Shown: positions 23,135-38,798, counted from the stretch's first letter. The stretch: DNA of 64,000 nt from Dictyostelium discoideum (GCA_000004695.1 CM000151.3:2656001-2720000); one strand, 5' to 3'. Notes: generated by a model not told the origin, from the letters alone. Numbers and translations are program-made.

Positions 23135-25639
23135 ATGAAATTATTATCTCAATTTATTTCTATAATAATTATATTTTTAATAATATTTATAAGTGTAAAT
23201 AATTCTCAACAGCAGCAACAAGAAGAAGATATCATTGCAGAGGAAGAACCAAATGGTATACCAATTAATTTGAATATTATATTAATCGGATTCGATGGTA
23301 ATGGTGCATTCGAATATAATTTACCACCAGAAACCTTAAATGATCTTTTAGTTGAAACCTATCCAATTCATTATGTACATTCAATATTCGATTCAAATTA
23401 TTTAAAACCATATAATAAAGATGATGACAACAACAATGGTAATGCCAATAATAATGATGATATAGAAAAAGATAATATTGGTAAAAGATTAATTTCACAC
23501 TACGATTTAAAATACAATGTAATATCATCAAATAGAATCTCATTAGATTTATATGAACAATTATTGCAAATCAATATGAAACCAATTGAAAGCGCAACTC
23601 CATCACATGATGGTGAAACTCATTTAGTTGAAATTGAAGTTTTAGAATCTTATTTTGATAATGAAATTACAAAGATTAAATCATCATCAACTAACTCAAA
23701 TAAAGATTATAGTATAATATTTATAAATCCATCAAAAGAGAGAATATTAACAGGTAGAGCATTAAATAATAATGATAAAACAGGATTGGGAGAATTTAAA
23801 TATCAGTATAGTAAAAATGGTCAAATCACATCACCATGTTGGATAGGATCATCAAGATTCATTGTTATAGATTTAAGTGCAGGTCCATTGAAATATGGTA
23901 CAACATTACATAAATCATCTGATGAATACTATTCAGAGGGTTCAATTGGCCATGACTCAATACCAAGACTAATTGAATACTTTGTGAAGGATGGCTACAG
24001 CGGCACTTCCATTCAGGGTGCATCACCAATCGAAATCATCTCTCATATGTCTTCTTTGGTGATTACCAGTATTCAAAATGTGTTTTTACAAGATTGCAAA
24101 TTCAATTATGTACCATTATTTCAAAAGATTTTAATACCAATTCTAATTTTCAAAGATTCATCCTCTGTCAATGTCCAAAAGGATTTACTAGATTTAGAAT
24201 TAATTAAAAGACAATCCAAAAAGGTATTCCCATTCTCCACGGTTGAATTTGTATTTGCAGAACATTCAATACATGAACATAAACATATTTCAATGGCATT
24301 TTCAAAATCAATTAAATCTCATTCCTCCTTTGAAATGAATCCAACCAATGGTAAATTCTATTCAGTTAGAAAGAATTATTTAGATAGTAAAGAATTACTA
24401 TTATCACTAAAACAAGAAGATGACATTTTAGCAAGTGGTTTAATTGGTAATGATGTTTCACAAATTCCATTAAGTTTAAAAGTTTCAAATAATAATAATA
24501 ATAATAAAAATAGAAACTCACCAACACAAAAATCAAAAATTTTACCAGTTTATATTTTTGCTTTAACATCATCATCAACAAATAATGATACAAATAATTA
24601 TAATAATTTATTACTTGATAAATATCATTCCTATGCAAGTAATCAAGATGCAATTGTTGTTTTAATGTCAAATCATACATATAATAGTACATTTTATAAA
24701 GGTAATTTACCGGTACAAGTGAATTCACTTTATTCAGGTACAAGAAATATTATTGCTGGTTTAGGTTCATCTCAAGGTTTACTCGGACCAACTTTACATT
24801 ACTCTGAATCTCATAATAGGTTGGTAAATAATTTCTTATGGAGTTTTGGTTCATCACCTTGGAATTTATTCAATGGTCGTTCAAATGATGCTAGTAATGC
24901 CTTCACTGGTGGTAGTGGTGATATCTCTCAAATCTTTATCGATGCAATCATTCGTAATACCATTATAACTTCAATTCAATCATCTGAACATAATTTAAAT
25001 TTAGCATTGAATGAAATCACTAAATTCTCTTCAAAATATTTAATTGATTCATTAGGTTTTGAAATTGAAGATATCTCTTTGAATAAAGGTAATTTCATAA
25101 TTGATAGACTTTATCATACTCCACCTTCGAAATTACCAATTTTAAAATCAATTGTACAAAGATTACATAATGATTTAGAACAAATTACAAATGAAATTAC
25201 AAATCAAATTAAATCAATACCTTCTTATTTAAATTCAAAAGAATTAACATCGTATGTTATTTATTTATTTATTTATTTAATTAATTAAATAATAATAAAA
25301 TTACTAATTATATATTATTATTTTTATAGTTCACAAAAAGATAAAATTTCACAAGATTTGATAATGGTGGCAACTCAAGTTGTTGGATTTTTAGATTATG
25401 TTCATAAAGAGATATCAAATGTTGAAACACAATTACTTTGTTGTGCAATCACTCATGGTAATTCAAATAAATCTGGTGGTTTCTTTGGTAATAATCTAAA
25501 TATAATAGTTGTTGTCGTTGCAATCATTATCTCTGCAATAGTTATTAAAATTGCAAATGAACAAATATCAAATGATAAAAAGCCATTACTTATTAATAGG
25601 AATAGAAATAGAATTAGATCAAAAATAAATACAAATTAA
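23135..25639 (+). CDS. Type I transmembrane glycoprotein of unknown function (~808 aa), 2 exons
   Basis: Model: join(23135..25251, 25330..25639), with a 78-bp intron (donor GTATGT at 25252, acceptor TATAG at 25329, phase 2 consistent). The N-terminal signal peptide is MKLLSQFISIIIIFLIIFISVNN. The second exon encodes the single TM helix IIVVVVAIIISAIVIKI and a short basic tail. Confidence 0.65.
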
Positions 25640-25848
25640 TAATAAAAATAAAAATACAATAATTATTTAAACACCTTTTTTAAAAATAAATTGGGAAAAA
25701 CAAAACAAATAAATAAATAAATAAATTAAAATAGATTTTTTTTTTTTTTTTTATAAGGAGGAGAAAATATTTATTTTATTTTTAAAAAAAAAGTTAAATA
25801 TTTCTTCAAAAATTTATTATTTTAATTATAAATTGTATATTAATAAAT

Positions 25849-26571
25849 TTAAGCAACGGTTGGGACGTTTTGAGTGTTGTAACCCTTCTTTTTACCGAAA
25901 CCAGCGACGGCGGCGACGTTACGTCTGTTGAAGATCATTCTCTTTTTAGCACGACCAACCTTTGGTTTTCTTTTTTCTTCCTTATCTTTCTTTGGAGTAG
26001 CGTTTCTGACTTTACCAGCACGATTCAAACCACCATGTACTTTACCTATAATTTTTCAATCAAAAAAAAAAAAAAAAGAATGAAAATATATTTTTTAAAA
26101 AAAAAAAGTTAATATAAAATTCTGCTTTATTATTGAAAGGACGAGGAAAAAAAAAAAACGGAATCCAATAAAAATAATAAAAAAATTGTATCTTTTTTTT
26201 CGATCCCTAAGTTTGTACAATTTTTCAAGGTAAATTTTGATGATAATGATTGGTTTTCTTTTTTTTATTCCCCTAAATTTTATTTTTCTCTTTTCTCTTT
26301 TTTTTTTTTTTCTTCTTTTTTTTTTTTTTGTTTTTATTATTATCATTTTCTCAGTTTTTTCCTATTTTTTTTTTAAAAAAAAACCTGCATGGTGTGTATC
26401 ATTTCATCTGTGAACTAAATGCTAAAATAGACCCCAATTTTTTTTTTTTTTTTTTCGGTTTTTTCCATTATTTATTTCTATTTTATTTTTTATTGCCAAT
26501 ATCATTATCATCAAAATTTAATTTATTACTGTAGTCAATCAAACACCGCTCCAATTTTTTTTATTATTTAT

Positions 26572-26602
<31 letters not shown>

Positions 26603-26650
26603 CTCTTTGTTTTTTTTTATATGGGTAAAATAAAAGAGAGACATACCCAT
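25849..26650 (-). CDS. rps30: 40S ribosomal protein S30 (eS30), 66 aa; start codon split from the body by a ~600-bp intron
   Basis: Minus-strand exon 25849..26045 encodes (G)[64 protein letters not shown]. This is a clear eS30 match (KVHGSLARAGKV...GRAK.R..YNRRF....FGKKKG) with C-ending, high-expression codons. A phase-1 acceptor ATAG|GT implies an upstream ATG+G exon. The only ATGG|GTATGT upstream is at 26650-26647. The exon-1 assignment is the weaker part. Confidence 0.7.
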
Positions 26651-26727
26651 TCTGTGTTTTTTTTTTTAAGGTTGCGTAAATAAAATAAACAAAAAGAACT
26701 AAAAAAATGAAAAAAATTATTTTTGTG

Positions 26728-26764
<37 letters not shown>

Positions 26765-27189
26765 ACTCATAACCAATGTAAAAAATTTGAAAACTTTGTA
26801 ACGGCTTACATAATTTTTACATTATTTTTCTCAAACCTATAAAAAAAAAAAAAAAAAAACGAAAATTTTCGCAGAAACTTTATATCATTGTTATAATTAA
26901 TTATACAAATATTTTAATATAACAACTTTTTTTTTTTTTTTTTTTTTTTTGAATCTATTTTTTCATTATTAAATATTTGATTATTAATTTTAATTTTTTT
27001 TTTTTTTTTTTGTGTCTATTTTTCTTTTTTTTTTTTTTTTTTCTTTAACACACAAATGTCTCTGATTAATTTTTTTTTTTAAACATTTGACCCAATCTGC
27101 TTTATTTTTATTTTATTTTTTTTTATTTTTTTTTAATTTTAATTTTTTTAATTTTTTAATTTTTTTTCAAAAAAAAAAAAAAAAAAAAA

Positions 27190-28488
<1,299 letters not shown>

Positions 28489-28640
28489 ATAAGTAATAAA
28501 TAATAATTTTAATACAAAATAATAATGTATTTAAATAAATAAAATAAAATAAAAAAAAAGAAAGAAAACAAAGAAAAGAAAGAAAGAATAATATATTATT
28601 ATATTTTATATTTATATATATATTTATTTTTTATTTTTTA

Positions 28641-28691
<51 letters not shown>

Positions 28692-28716
28692 TATTTTCTT
28701 TATATGTTTATATATT

Positions 28717-30674
28717 TTATAAAGTTGGTTGAGGAATTGGAGGTGGATTTTTGTGACCTTTTGGATGAGGTAATGGGAAATCATCCATATTTGGTAAAAC
28801 CATCATTTCGAAAACTTCAGCTTTTAATTTATTGACAATGATTTTTGCTAATTTTGGCATATTTGTGAAATAACCAGTTTTAGATTGACCAATTGAAGTA
28901 TCGATTGATAATTCACATTCAGGTTCTTCATAGAAACCAATCCAAAGTCTTTTAGTTGGTGTTGGTAAACATTGTACATTTAATCTACCTTGTAATGATT
29001 TAATTAATACTGAAATTACAAATGGAATTGTAACTGAATGATTACGGAAACTAATCATAACTTCAATTTTAATTGTTAAAGTGAATCCACCATGATATGT
29101 AATTGCTATATCTGCACTCTATAATTATTATTATTTTTATTATTAAATAAAATAAAAATGAATTAATAATTACATATTTAAAATATATATATATATATAT
29201 ATATATTTTTAAAACTTACAAATTCACCTTGTGGTGTTAAATATAAAAGTTTAGCATCATTTAAAACTGGAATATTTGGACCGAAATCTAAATTTTGTAA
29301 AGTAATTGATTTAAGGATTGATGGTTTCTTTAATTTATTAATTTTTTTAGTGATTTTTTCAGCGGCAAAACCCAATAAAGTTTCAGATGCATAGAAATTA
29401 AAGAATACACGAGCCAATGCAACATTGAACCAATCGTATCTAGATTGTACTGGTTGAATTTGACTTGGTATTGATGAATTGGTATTTTGCATGAATTGAT
29501 TAGACGATAAATGAATACTACCATTTTTAGCAAATCCACTATTACCACCACTACTACTACTGCTACTACTATTGTCATTAATATCATCAATTAATGTATT
29601 AATTTGACTATCGATCATTTCATTTGAGAATGCAGAATTTGTTGAAGATGATTTCGATGCTGATCTATCTCTCAATATTGATTGTTCTTCTGTTGGTTGT
29701 GATGTTTTTGATTTAAATTTATTAATTGCAAAACTTGATAATGATGATGCTGTTGAATTTATCGATGATGATGATGATGATGATGCCGATGATGGTGTAT
29801 CAAAACTACCACCACTACCACCACCACTAGTACTACTACTATTCGTTATATTATTACTATTATTACTATTGTTATTATTATTATTATTTACATTATTTGT
29901 TACAGATGGTTGAGTTTGTTCTGGTATTGTACCAACCCTACAACTTTGTGGTATATTTAAACGTGCTGGTAACTCTTCGAAAAACTTTTTACAAATTTTC
30001 TCTTCTTGATCCTCTAATTGTGTTTTCTTTACAGTCATTGATGATGCTTCCTTTACAAACCAATACCATGTTTTTAAATCTTTTCCACAATCAAAATAAA
30101 AGTGTAAAATCTTTGAATGATATAATAAATCTCTTTCTGGTTGCATAACTGATATACAATTCTTTTTATTATATTTACTTGATCCAATTTTATTTCTAAC
30201 AATCGATACTGAACAACCATCAAAACAAATCACATTAACTGCTGATACATCCTTTGTTTTTTTTAAAAAAAAAATAATAAAAAGTAAAAAATAAAAAATA
30301 AATAATTAGCTTTAATTTTATTTATTTATTTATTTATTTATTTATTGTTTTTACCTATGTATTTATATATATATACATACATTTGGATTATTAAATAAAA
30401 ATAACATATTGTTTTTTAAGACACAATAATGCTTTTCTGGTATATTTGTTGTTGAATCTGGTAGTTTTATATAAACTTTACCTCTTTTTTCAGAGTTGTA
30501 TCTTGAAGTATCTAATTTCATTAACTTTTTCTCTGCTTCGGTCTCTTTTAACATTTCAAGATATTCTTTTTCGGTTTTTGTATCTAATGTCTCCAACAAT
30601 CGAATAAATAAATAAATTGCGCATACTATTGTGGAGAAAACTCCAAATAAAAATGAAAATATATTTATAAACAT
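28717..30674 (-). CDS. TEX2/Nvj2-like lipid-transfer protein (N-terminal TM helix, PH-like region, SMP domain), ~575 aa, 3 exons
   Basis: Model on minus: join(30674..30381, 30251..29220, 29118..28717), with introns of 129 and 101 bp (donors GTATGT and GTAAGT) and all phases 0. The sequence DWFNVALARVFFNFYASETLLGFAAEKITKKINKLKKPSILKSITLQNLDFGPNIPVLN...ADIAITYHGGFTLTIKIEV resembles synaptotagmin-like mitochondrial lipid-binding (SMP) domains of TEX2/Nvj2. Confidence 0.6.
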
Positions 30675-31966
30675 ATTTTCTTTTTTTATTATTTTATTAT
30701 TTAATTAATATTATTTTATAATTTATTTTTTATTATTTATTATTTTTTTTTTTTTTGAACAACATTAAAATTATTTTTTATTTTTTATTTTTTTTTTTTT
30801 ATTTTTTATTTTTTTTTTATCAATCCTTTTTATCGTACTTTTTGTTTTTATTATTATTATTTTTTATTTTTTTTTTATTGAAATAAATAAAATAAAATAG
30901 ACAAAACAAACAATAAACAAAATAAAATGCAGTGACAATATTTTCACCACATGTGCAATATTGAATTTTTTTTTTTTATTATTTTTTTTTTTTTTTATTT
31001 TTTATTTTATTTTTTTTTTATTTTTTTTTTTGTTTTTTACAAACTTAATTAAATGAGGAAAAAAAAAAAAAAATGAAAAAAAATTTGAAAAAAACAGAAA
31101 TTCGCCAGTCAAATATCTGACATTGTCATCAAAAAAAAAAAATCCTGAGAATTAAAAAAAATTATTTGGGTATCATTTTAATGATTAAAGGATAAATACA
31201 TTGTAATATAATAAAATAAAATAAAATAAAATAAAATAAAATAAAATAAATAAAAACAAACAAAACAAAAATAAAATAAATGATAAAAAATAAATAAATT
31301 ATAAAAAAATAATAAAAAGAATTTCAAGATCAAAAAATTAATTCAGTGGGTGTTGTTTTGACCATTATAACTTTCAATTTTTTTTAAAAAAAAAAAGAAT
31401 AAATAAATAAAAATAATAAATTTTTTTTTTTTTTTTTTTTTTATTACCATTTATTACATGTAATTTTTAAATTTTTTTTTTTATTTGTATTAATTTATCC
31501 TTATATTCAATTTTAAGAATATATAGTAATAAATAACAAAACAATAGTAATATGACACAAAGAATTTTATTATATAATTTAAAATAAATTATTATCTTTT
31601 TTTAAATTTTTTAATTTTTTAATTTTTTTTTTTTAATTTTTTATTTTTTCTTTTGTGTTTAAAAACAAAGCAGGAAAAAGAAAAATTAAATAAAAAAAAG
31701 TGGAGTGAGAAAATCTAAAATTTTGCATATAATCTAAAAAAAAACATCATTTTATTAATATCTGGAAAAAAAAAAAAAAACAAAAAAAAAAAAAAAAAAA
31801 AAAAAAACCATTTGAATAAAAAAAAATATTTTAATTTAATTTAAAATTAAAAACAGGTTAACACTTAAAAAGGAAGGGATATTAACTTTTTATATAATTT
31901 TTTTATATAAACAAAAAAATTGGGAAAAAAAAATAAAAATAATTTTTATAATAATAATTTTAATAA

Positions 31967-32001
<35 letters not shown>

Positions 32002-32314
32002 TTTATTTTATTATTTTTATTTTATTATTTTTATTATTTTTATTATTTTTATTATTTTTATGTGCTTTATCAAAAATAAAATAAAATAAAAAAAATAAAT
32101 TAAATTAAATTACTTTTATTGTTTCTTTATTTGTTTTTTGTTGTTGTTAAATTTAGCACGATCGAATTTATTCCTGCCAACGTTCAAATAATTTTTTTTT
32201 TTTAATTTTTTTTTTTTTTTATTTTTTTTTTTTTTTAAAATTATTTTTTTTATTTTTTTTTTTTTTTTTTTCAACAAAACCCCACAAAATTTTTTTTTTT
32301 TTTTGCCATATTAT

Positions 32315-32349
<35 letters not shown>

Positions 32350-32820
32350 TTAATTTTAAATTTTTTATGTATTGCTGATTTTTTTTTTTTTTTTATTTAT
32401 TTCTAATTGTTATCTATTTTTTTTTATTATTTCTGTATAATAGTAAAATATTAAATAATAGTTAAAGAAGAAGAGCATTCATATCACTCTTTTTTTTTTT
32501 TTTTTTAATAATAATACCATACAAAAATAATTAAATTATAGATAATAATATAATAATTGTACATATAAATAAATAAATTTTCAAAAAAAATAAAATAAAA
32601 TAATATAACAATAATAGTAATATAGTGTAATTTAAACAAATAAGAAAAAAAAAAAAAAAAAAAAAAAAACATCAACACACCTTATTATCATTATTAAATC
32701 ACATCAAGTTCAATAATATAACAACATCAAGAAAAGCAAATAACAACAATAAAAGTAATACCAGTGTATATAATATCATCAATAAAGAAACAATAAAATA
32801 AAATACATACCAATTAAAAG

Positions 32821-33019
32821 ATGGATTTAAGAATTGGTGGTAAATATAGAATAAGTAGGAAGATAGGTGGTGGATCATTTGGTGAGATTTATTTAGGAAC
32901 CAACATATCAACCAATGAAGAAGTTGCAATTAAATTAGAACCTGCAAAAGCAATTCATCCACAACTTTTATTTGAATCAAAATTATATAAAATATTTCAA
33001 GGTGGAAGTAAGTTATTAT

Positions 33020-33053
<34 letters not shown>

Positions 33054-34431
33054 TTTCAAAAGAAATTATGTTTCTAATATATTTTTTATTTTCTTCCTAT
33101 ATATATATATATATTAATACTAATATTTTTTATTTTTAATTTTTTTTTATAGTTGGTATACCTGCAGTTAAATGGTTTGGATTCGATGGTGACTATAATA
33201 TAATGGTTATGGATTTATTAGGACCAAGTTTAGAAGATCTTTTTAATTATTGTGGTAGAAAGTTTAGTTTAAAAACTGTGTTAATGTTGGGTGATCAAAT
33301 GCTTAGAAGAATAGAGTTCATTCATTCAAACAACTTTATTCACAGAGATATAAAGCCTGATAATTTCTTGATGGGAATTGGAAAACGAGGCCATGTTGTC
33401 AATCTAATTGATTTTGGGTTGGCAAAACGTTATCGTGATCCAAAGACTCATCAACACATTCCATACAGAGAACACAAGAATTTAACTGGTACTGCTCGTT
33501 ACGCTTCGTTGAATACTCATCAAGGTATTGAACAAAGTAGAAGAGACGATTTAGAATCACTTGGTTATGTTCTTATGTATTTCAATAGAGGTAGTTTACC
33601 ATGGCAAGGTTTAAAAGCTTACACTAAAAGAGATAAATACGAAAAAATTTGTGATAAAAAAGCACAAACTAAAATTGATACATTATGTCAAGGTTTCCCA
33701 AGTAAGTTATATTATAAGTTTTTTTTTTTTTTAAAAAATAGAAAATATAATTTAACCTTTTTTTTTCCTCTCTTTTCTTTTTTTTTTTTAGGTGAATTTG
33801 CAACATTTTTAAATTATACAAGATTCTTAAAATTTGAAGATAAACCAGATTTCCTTTATCTTAGAAAGTTATTAAGAGAAATGTTTGTAAGAGAGGGTTA
33901 TAGATACGACTATATGTTTGATTGGGTTATTGTTAGAAAAGTAAGTTTTTAAATTATTTGTATTGTATTAGCTGTATATATATATATTAAATTTACATAT
34001 TAATATTTATATATATATTTTTTTTCTATCTCTAGCTAAGAGAAAAGCCACCTCTTGAAAGACCATTATCAAACGACAACAAACAAATTCAACAACAAAT
34101 TCAACAACAACAACAAGCACAACAACAATTACAACAACAAGCACAACAACAACAACAACAAACTACAACCACCACTACAACATCATCTTCACAACCAAGC
34201 AATGTTAAAAATATTTCAACCGTTTCAAATATAGCTACAACCACTACAGATGAGCAATTCAGACAATTATTATCTACCCCATCTTATAATAATGTAGACT
34301 CTGATCAATCACCACAACAAACTACTACTACTACTTCATCATCTAATCCAAATCAAACTACCTTCTACAGACAGAATAAAGTCGTAGTTCCACAATCTTC
34401 TTCAACCACAACAAAGCCACCAGCAAAGTAG
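32821..34431 (+). CDS. cak1: Casein kinase I (CK1 family Ser/Thr kinase), 426 aa, 4 exons
   Basis: Model: join(32821..33007, 33153..33701, 33792..33940, 34036..34431), with all donors GTAAGT. Hallmarks include [57 protein letters not shown] and the CK1-specific [15 protein letters not shown]. The C-terminal tail is Gln/Thr-rich. Confidence 0.85.
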
Positions 34432-34706
34432 AATTCTTAATTTATACATAATCAAAAAAAAAAAAAAAAAAAGTATTTCTTTTCCTATAATAAATTAAAA
34501 AGTAAAAAAAGAAAAAAAAAAAAAAACAATCAGGTAAAAAAGTAAAACAAATACACAAAAAAAAAAAAAAAACAAAAAAAAAAAAAAAAAAAAAAAACAA
34601 ATAAATAAATAAATAGTAATAAAAAAAAAAAAAACTCTATCTTTTTTATTCTTTTTTTTGAGCTTAAAAAACTCTATCTTTTTTATTCTTTTTTTATATA
34701 TTTTTA

Positions 34707-36470
34707 TTAAGAGTTTAAATAATTATCCCATTCTTGTTTAAATTGTTGATTTGTTAATAATTCAAAACCTTTTGATTTACTAATCCTTAAGTAACGATTA
34801 AATATCCTAATTCTTAAGATTTGACCTTTAATGGGTGGTAAGAAAACTTCAGGTACAGTTGTTCTTATGAACCAAACTAAAACCCAACCCACACAAATGA
34901 AACCAACTATCCAATAATAATTAACCAAATAAGGATAAGCTGAATGATGACCATAGCCATGATTATTAATTAAATCATTATAGATAAATGAGAAAGCAAT
35001 ACCACCACCAACACCAGCTAATGCCCATGCCGATAAAATTAAACCATGAGTGGCTCCAACATTTTTAGAACCAAACATGTCATTTAAAAATGCTGGTATT
35101 ACACCGAATGAGCCACCATAACAAAGTGTGGAAATCCAAATTAGTCCTATGAAAGCTTCATAGTTTAAATCTTTCATTGCTTTTATTAAGAAACCAACTG
35201 AAAAACATTGAATGGTAAGCATTGCTATATAACATTTCTTTCTACCAAATTTATCACTAACAAAACCAAACATTAATCTACCGAATAAATTGAATGCACC
35301 ATTAACTGATACCACCATAGAACCAACAACTTTACTTTTACCAAACATGTTTTGGCACATATCACTTAATCTTCCAATTGCAACCACTCCAAATATGACA
35401 TTACAGAAAAACATTAAATAAATAATTGTATACTCTGATGATGTAATTGCATCAGATAATAAATAATCTGAAAATTTAGGTTCTTTTTTAGTTTTAATAA
35501 TAACATTTTCAGATGATGATCCAATTTCATTTTGTTGTTGATGTTTTTCTGGTAATTTATCATCAGTGGTTGATTGTGATACTGATGATGAAGATATTTC
35601 ATCATTCTTACAAACTTTATTATTAATATTATTTTTATCTATTGATGATGTCGGTGATTCAGTTCCTTCATTAATATTAGATTCTTCATCTGAGTTTTCT
35701 TTTAATCTATTTTGATCAGAATCTTTACCATTAACTTGAAAATTTGGTGGTGGTGTTCTAAAAATAAATGAAATTGAAAATAATATACCGAAAAATAATG
35801 ACCCCAACACTACGAAATTTAATGCAAGACCAACCCTTGCAATTATTTTTATTGGTATTGAACCAAAAGCAATTGAGCCAGCACCAAATCCACATACAGC
35901 CAAACCCGCTGCTAAACCTCTATGATCCGGAAACCATTTTTGTAATGTTGAAACAGGACCAATGTAACAAATACCCATACCCGAACCACCAAATGCCCCA
36001 TAACCAATATAAACTAGCCAAATTACTTTTGTGTAAATTCCAAGAGCAGTTAAAAAATGACCAGCAACGAATAATGTAGAACCAATATACATTGATTTCA
36101 TAGGACCAATTCTATCCAAAACCGGACCCAATATTGAACAAGCACTACCAAAGAAAAAGAATGCAACATAAAATGTGTAGGGTGCCATTCCTTTATTTTC
36201 ATCACCAAAAATTGCTCCATCCACTGGTTTATTATAAATACTCCATGCATATAATGAACCTACAGTAAATTGTGATAAAATTGCAATTGGAAATAAAATC
36301 CATCTATTAAATTTAACTCTTTTTCCTAATAAATATTTTTCATTTTCAATTTGTTGTTCTGTTTTTTTTTGTGGATTGTTTTTATAATGATTAACAATAA
36401 TTTTTATTATTGGATTGATTTTTTTATTTTTATTATTTTCAGAAGTGTGGTTTTCATCAATTTCATTCAT
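34707..36470 (-). CDS. Major facilitator superfamily transporter (oxalate:formate antiporter / monocarboxylate-transporter-like), 587 aa, single exon
   Basis: A true ATG starts it at 36470. It has about 12 predicted TM segments in two halves split by a hydrophilic Ser/Asn-rich loop, and a GxxxDRxGxR-like motif (VLDRIGPMKS). Confidence 0.7.
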   Translation of the reverse strand: MNEIDENHTSENNKNKKINPIIKIIVNHYKNNPQKKTEQQIENEKYLLGKRVKFNRWILFPIAILSQFTVGSLYAWSIYNKPVDGAIFGDENKGMAPYTFYVAFFFFGSACSILGPVLDRIGPMKSMYIGSTLFVAGHFLTALGIYTKVIWLVYIGYGAFGGSGMGICYIGPVSTLQKWFPDHRGLAAGLAVCGFGAGSIAFGSIPIKIIARVGLALNFVVLGSLFFGILFSISFIFRTPPPNFQVNGKDSDQNRLKENSDEESNINEGTESPTSSIDKNNINNKVCKNDEISSSSVSQSTTDDKLPEKHQQQNEIGSSSENVIIKTKKEPKFSDYLLSDAITSSEYTIIYLMFFCNVIFGVVAIGRLSDMCQNMFGKSKVVGSMVVSVNGAFNLFGRLMFGFVSDKFGRKKCYIAMLTIQCFSVGFLIKAMKDLNYEAFIGLIWISTLCYGGSFGVIPAFLNDMFGSKNVGATHGLILSAWALAGVGGGIAFSFIYNDLINNHGYGHHSAYPYLVNYYWIVGFICVGWVLVWFIRTTVPEVFLPPIKGQILRIRIFNRYLRISKSKGFELLTNQQFKQEWDNYLNS

Positions 36471-36596
36471 CTCTTTTTTATTATATCTTTTGATTACAAA
36501 TAAAGCAATATTTAAAAAATAATGTTAAATTTATAATTTTTTAAAATAAAGAAGAAATTAAATTTTATTATATTAATTAATTATATTAATGTAAAG

Positions 36597-36633
<37 letters not shown>

Positions 36634-37103
36634 AACACTAATTGTTATTTTTTTTTAAAATATTAAAATAAACAATTTATAAAAATATCACCACACACCT
36701 TCTTTGTGTGTTTGTTTTTTTTAAAATTCTTTTTTATTATAAATTAACACACAAAAACTCTGTATGTAAAATTGATTATCCACTTTTTTATTGTCATAAA
36801 AGTACTGATAATAACAATTTATTATTCATAATTTCTTTTACTTTAAATAAATTAATTCCTAATTATTGGAGTTTTAAAAAATTATTATAAAATAAATTTT
36901 AACCAAAAATGTAAATATTAAACTTAATAATTAATAATAAAAAAATTTAATTATAAACCAAAATAAAAATAAAATTTTTTATTTTTTTTCAATACAATTT
37001 AATAACAAAATTAAATCTATTCTTCATATGTTTAAAAAATAAAATTTTAATAGGGATTTATTTTTAAAATATTAAATATTAAATATTATAATTATTTATT
37101 TCT

Positions 37104-38755
37104 TTATAAAATCAAAGATAATAGTACAAAAAATGTAAATGAAACATAAGTAATTGAGACAATTGATGAGCTTGAATCTGAGTCTGAATCTTCATGTTGA
37201 TGTTTTGATTCACTTCCTAAATTATCAACAGGGAGTTGTGTAGAAGATTCAGAGGTTGATGTCGAAGATTCTTGTGAATTGGTTTCAATTGATGAACTTT
37301 CTGTTGGATTTTTAGTTTCAATTGGAGTCCCAATATCTCCAGAGCTTTCATCAGATGAAGTCGAGATAATTGGAATATCTTCTGAATTTTGATTTTTGCT
37401 TGAGGAATCAGTTGCTGGGTTATCACTAGATAATTGAGTGTTACTTCCAGATGTATCTGATGGAGTTTCAGAGGTTTCATCAGATGATCTTGGATTAGAA
37501 GTATCCAACGAATCAGATGGGATACTGGTTTCTGATGAAGCTTCAGAAGGAGTTGGGGTAGAGGTCTCAGTTGGAGTTACTGTTTCAGAAGGATTTGGGG
37601 TAACAGTCTCGGTTGGGGTTGTACTCTCGGATGGGGTTGGAGTAATAGTATCGGTTGGAGTTACTGTTTCAGTTGGGGTTGGAGTTACTGTTTCAGTTGG
37701 GGTCGGAGTGGCAGTTTCGGTAGGAGTTACTGATTCAGTGGGAGTTGGGGTTGTAGTCACTGTAGGAGTTGGGGTTACTGTTTCGGTTGGTGTTGGAGTG
37801 GCAGTCTCGGTAGGAGTTGGAGTTTCTGTTTCAGTTGGAGTTGGAGTGGCAGTCACTGTAGGAGTTGGAGTTACTGTTTCACTAGGAGTTGGAGTTGCAC
37901 TCTCAGTAGGAGTTGGAGTAACAGTCTCAGTTGGTGCCGGAGTAGTAGTCACAGTAGGAGTTGGAGTTACTGTTTCGGTGGGAGTTGGAGTTGCACTCTC
38001 AGTAGGGGTTGGAGTAACAGTCTCAGTAGGAGTTGGAGTAACAGTTTCGGTTGGTGTTGGAGTAGTAGTCATTGTGGGTGTTGGAGTTACTGTCTCAGTG
38101 GGAGTTGGGGTAGCACTCACAGTTGGAGTTGGGGTAACAGTTTCAGTTGGAGTTGTTGTTGGTGTTACGGATGCACCTAGAACCCATCCAGAACATGAAG
38201 ATGATTTAGAAACTTGTAAAAAACCTGTTTCAGGATATCTATAAGTTTTTGAACCAGTGGTTTTTACTTCGTAGTAATATGCTTGGCAAGCGACATAAGT
38301 GGAAGTTGTAATATAAGCACCAGAGCTTGCAGTTCCATAAGTTCTTGATAAAACTTTTGAGGTTCCGTCACCAAATACCAATGACATAGTTGAAACACTA
38401 TCGGTAGTACTATAAAATAAAACAATGAATTGTGGATTACTTGTTACCCAAGTATGAAAGCCAGAATAAATTGGATTTGTTGGTGAATTACAATTACCTT
38501 CATTGAAATCTTGGGTCCAATATTGAGTATAATCAGATCCAGATTTAGAATAGTAACCAACACCTAATGTTTTATAATCACTAGACATAATGGAAGAACG
38601 ATGTCCATCGCTACTTGATTTATCATTAGCACATTTACCACCAGTTTCATCACATACCAACATTTTAATAGCTTCAAGAGCATCTGTACCAGCTGCAATA
38701 TTTTCTGACATTGCACCATTTGAGCCTTTACATGTAATAAATTGATTAAAACGTC

Positions 38756-38798
<43 letters not shown>

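Noticed and set aside
26095-26534. Lys-rich and Phe-rich small ORFs in the rps30 5' region
   Set aside because: They are homopolymer (A)n/(T)n translations inside the proposed intron and divergent promoter, not coding sequence.
29330-30148. ORFs 29330-29590 (minus) and 29897-30148 (plus) inside the TEX2-like gene
   Set aside because: They are off-frame or antisense to the 344-codon exon 2 and have no independent support.
33203-33952. 249-aa ORF presented as a single casein kinase ORF
   Set aside because: It reads through intron 2 (33702-33791) and misses exon 1. The 4-exon model is better supported by canonical GTAAGT donors and kinase motif continuity.
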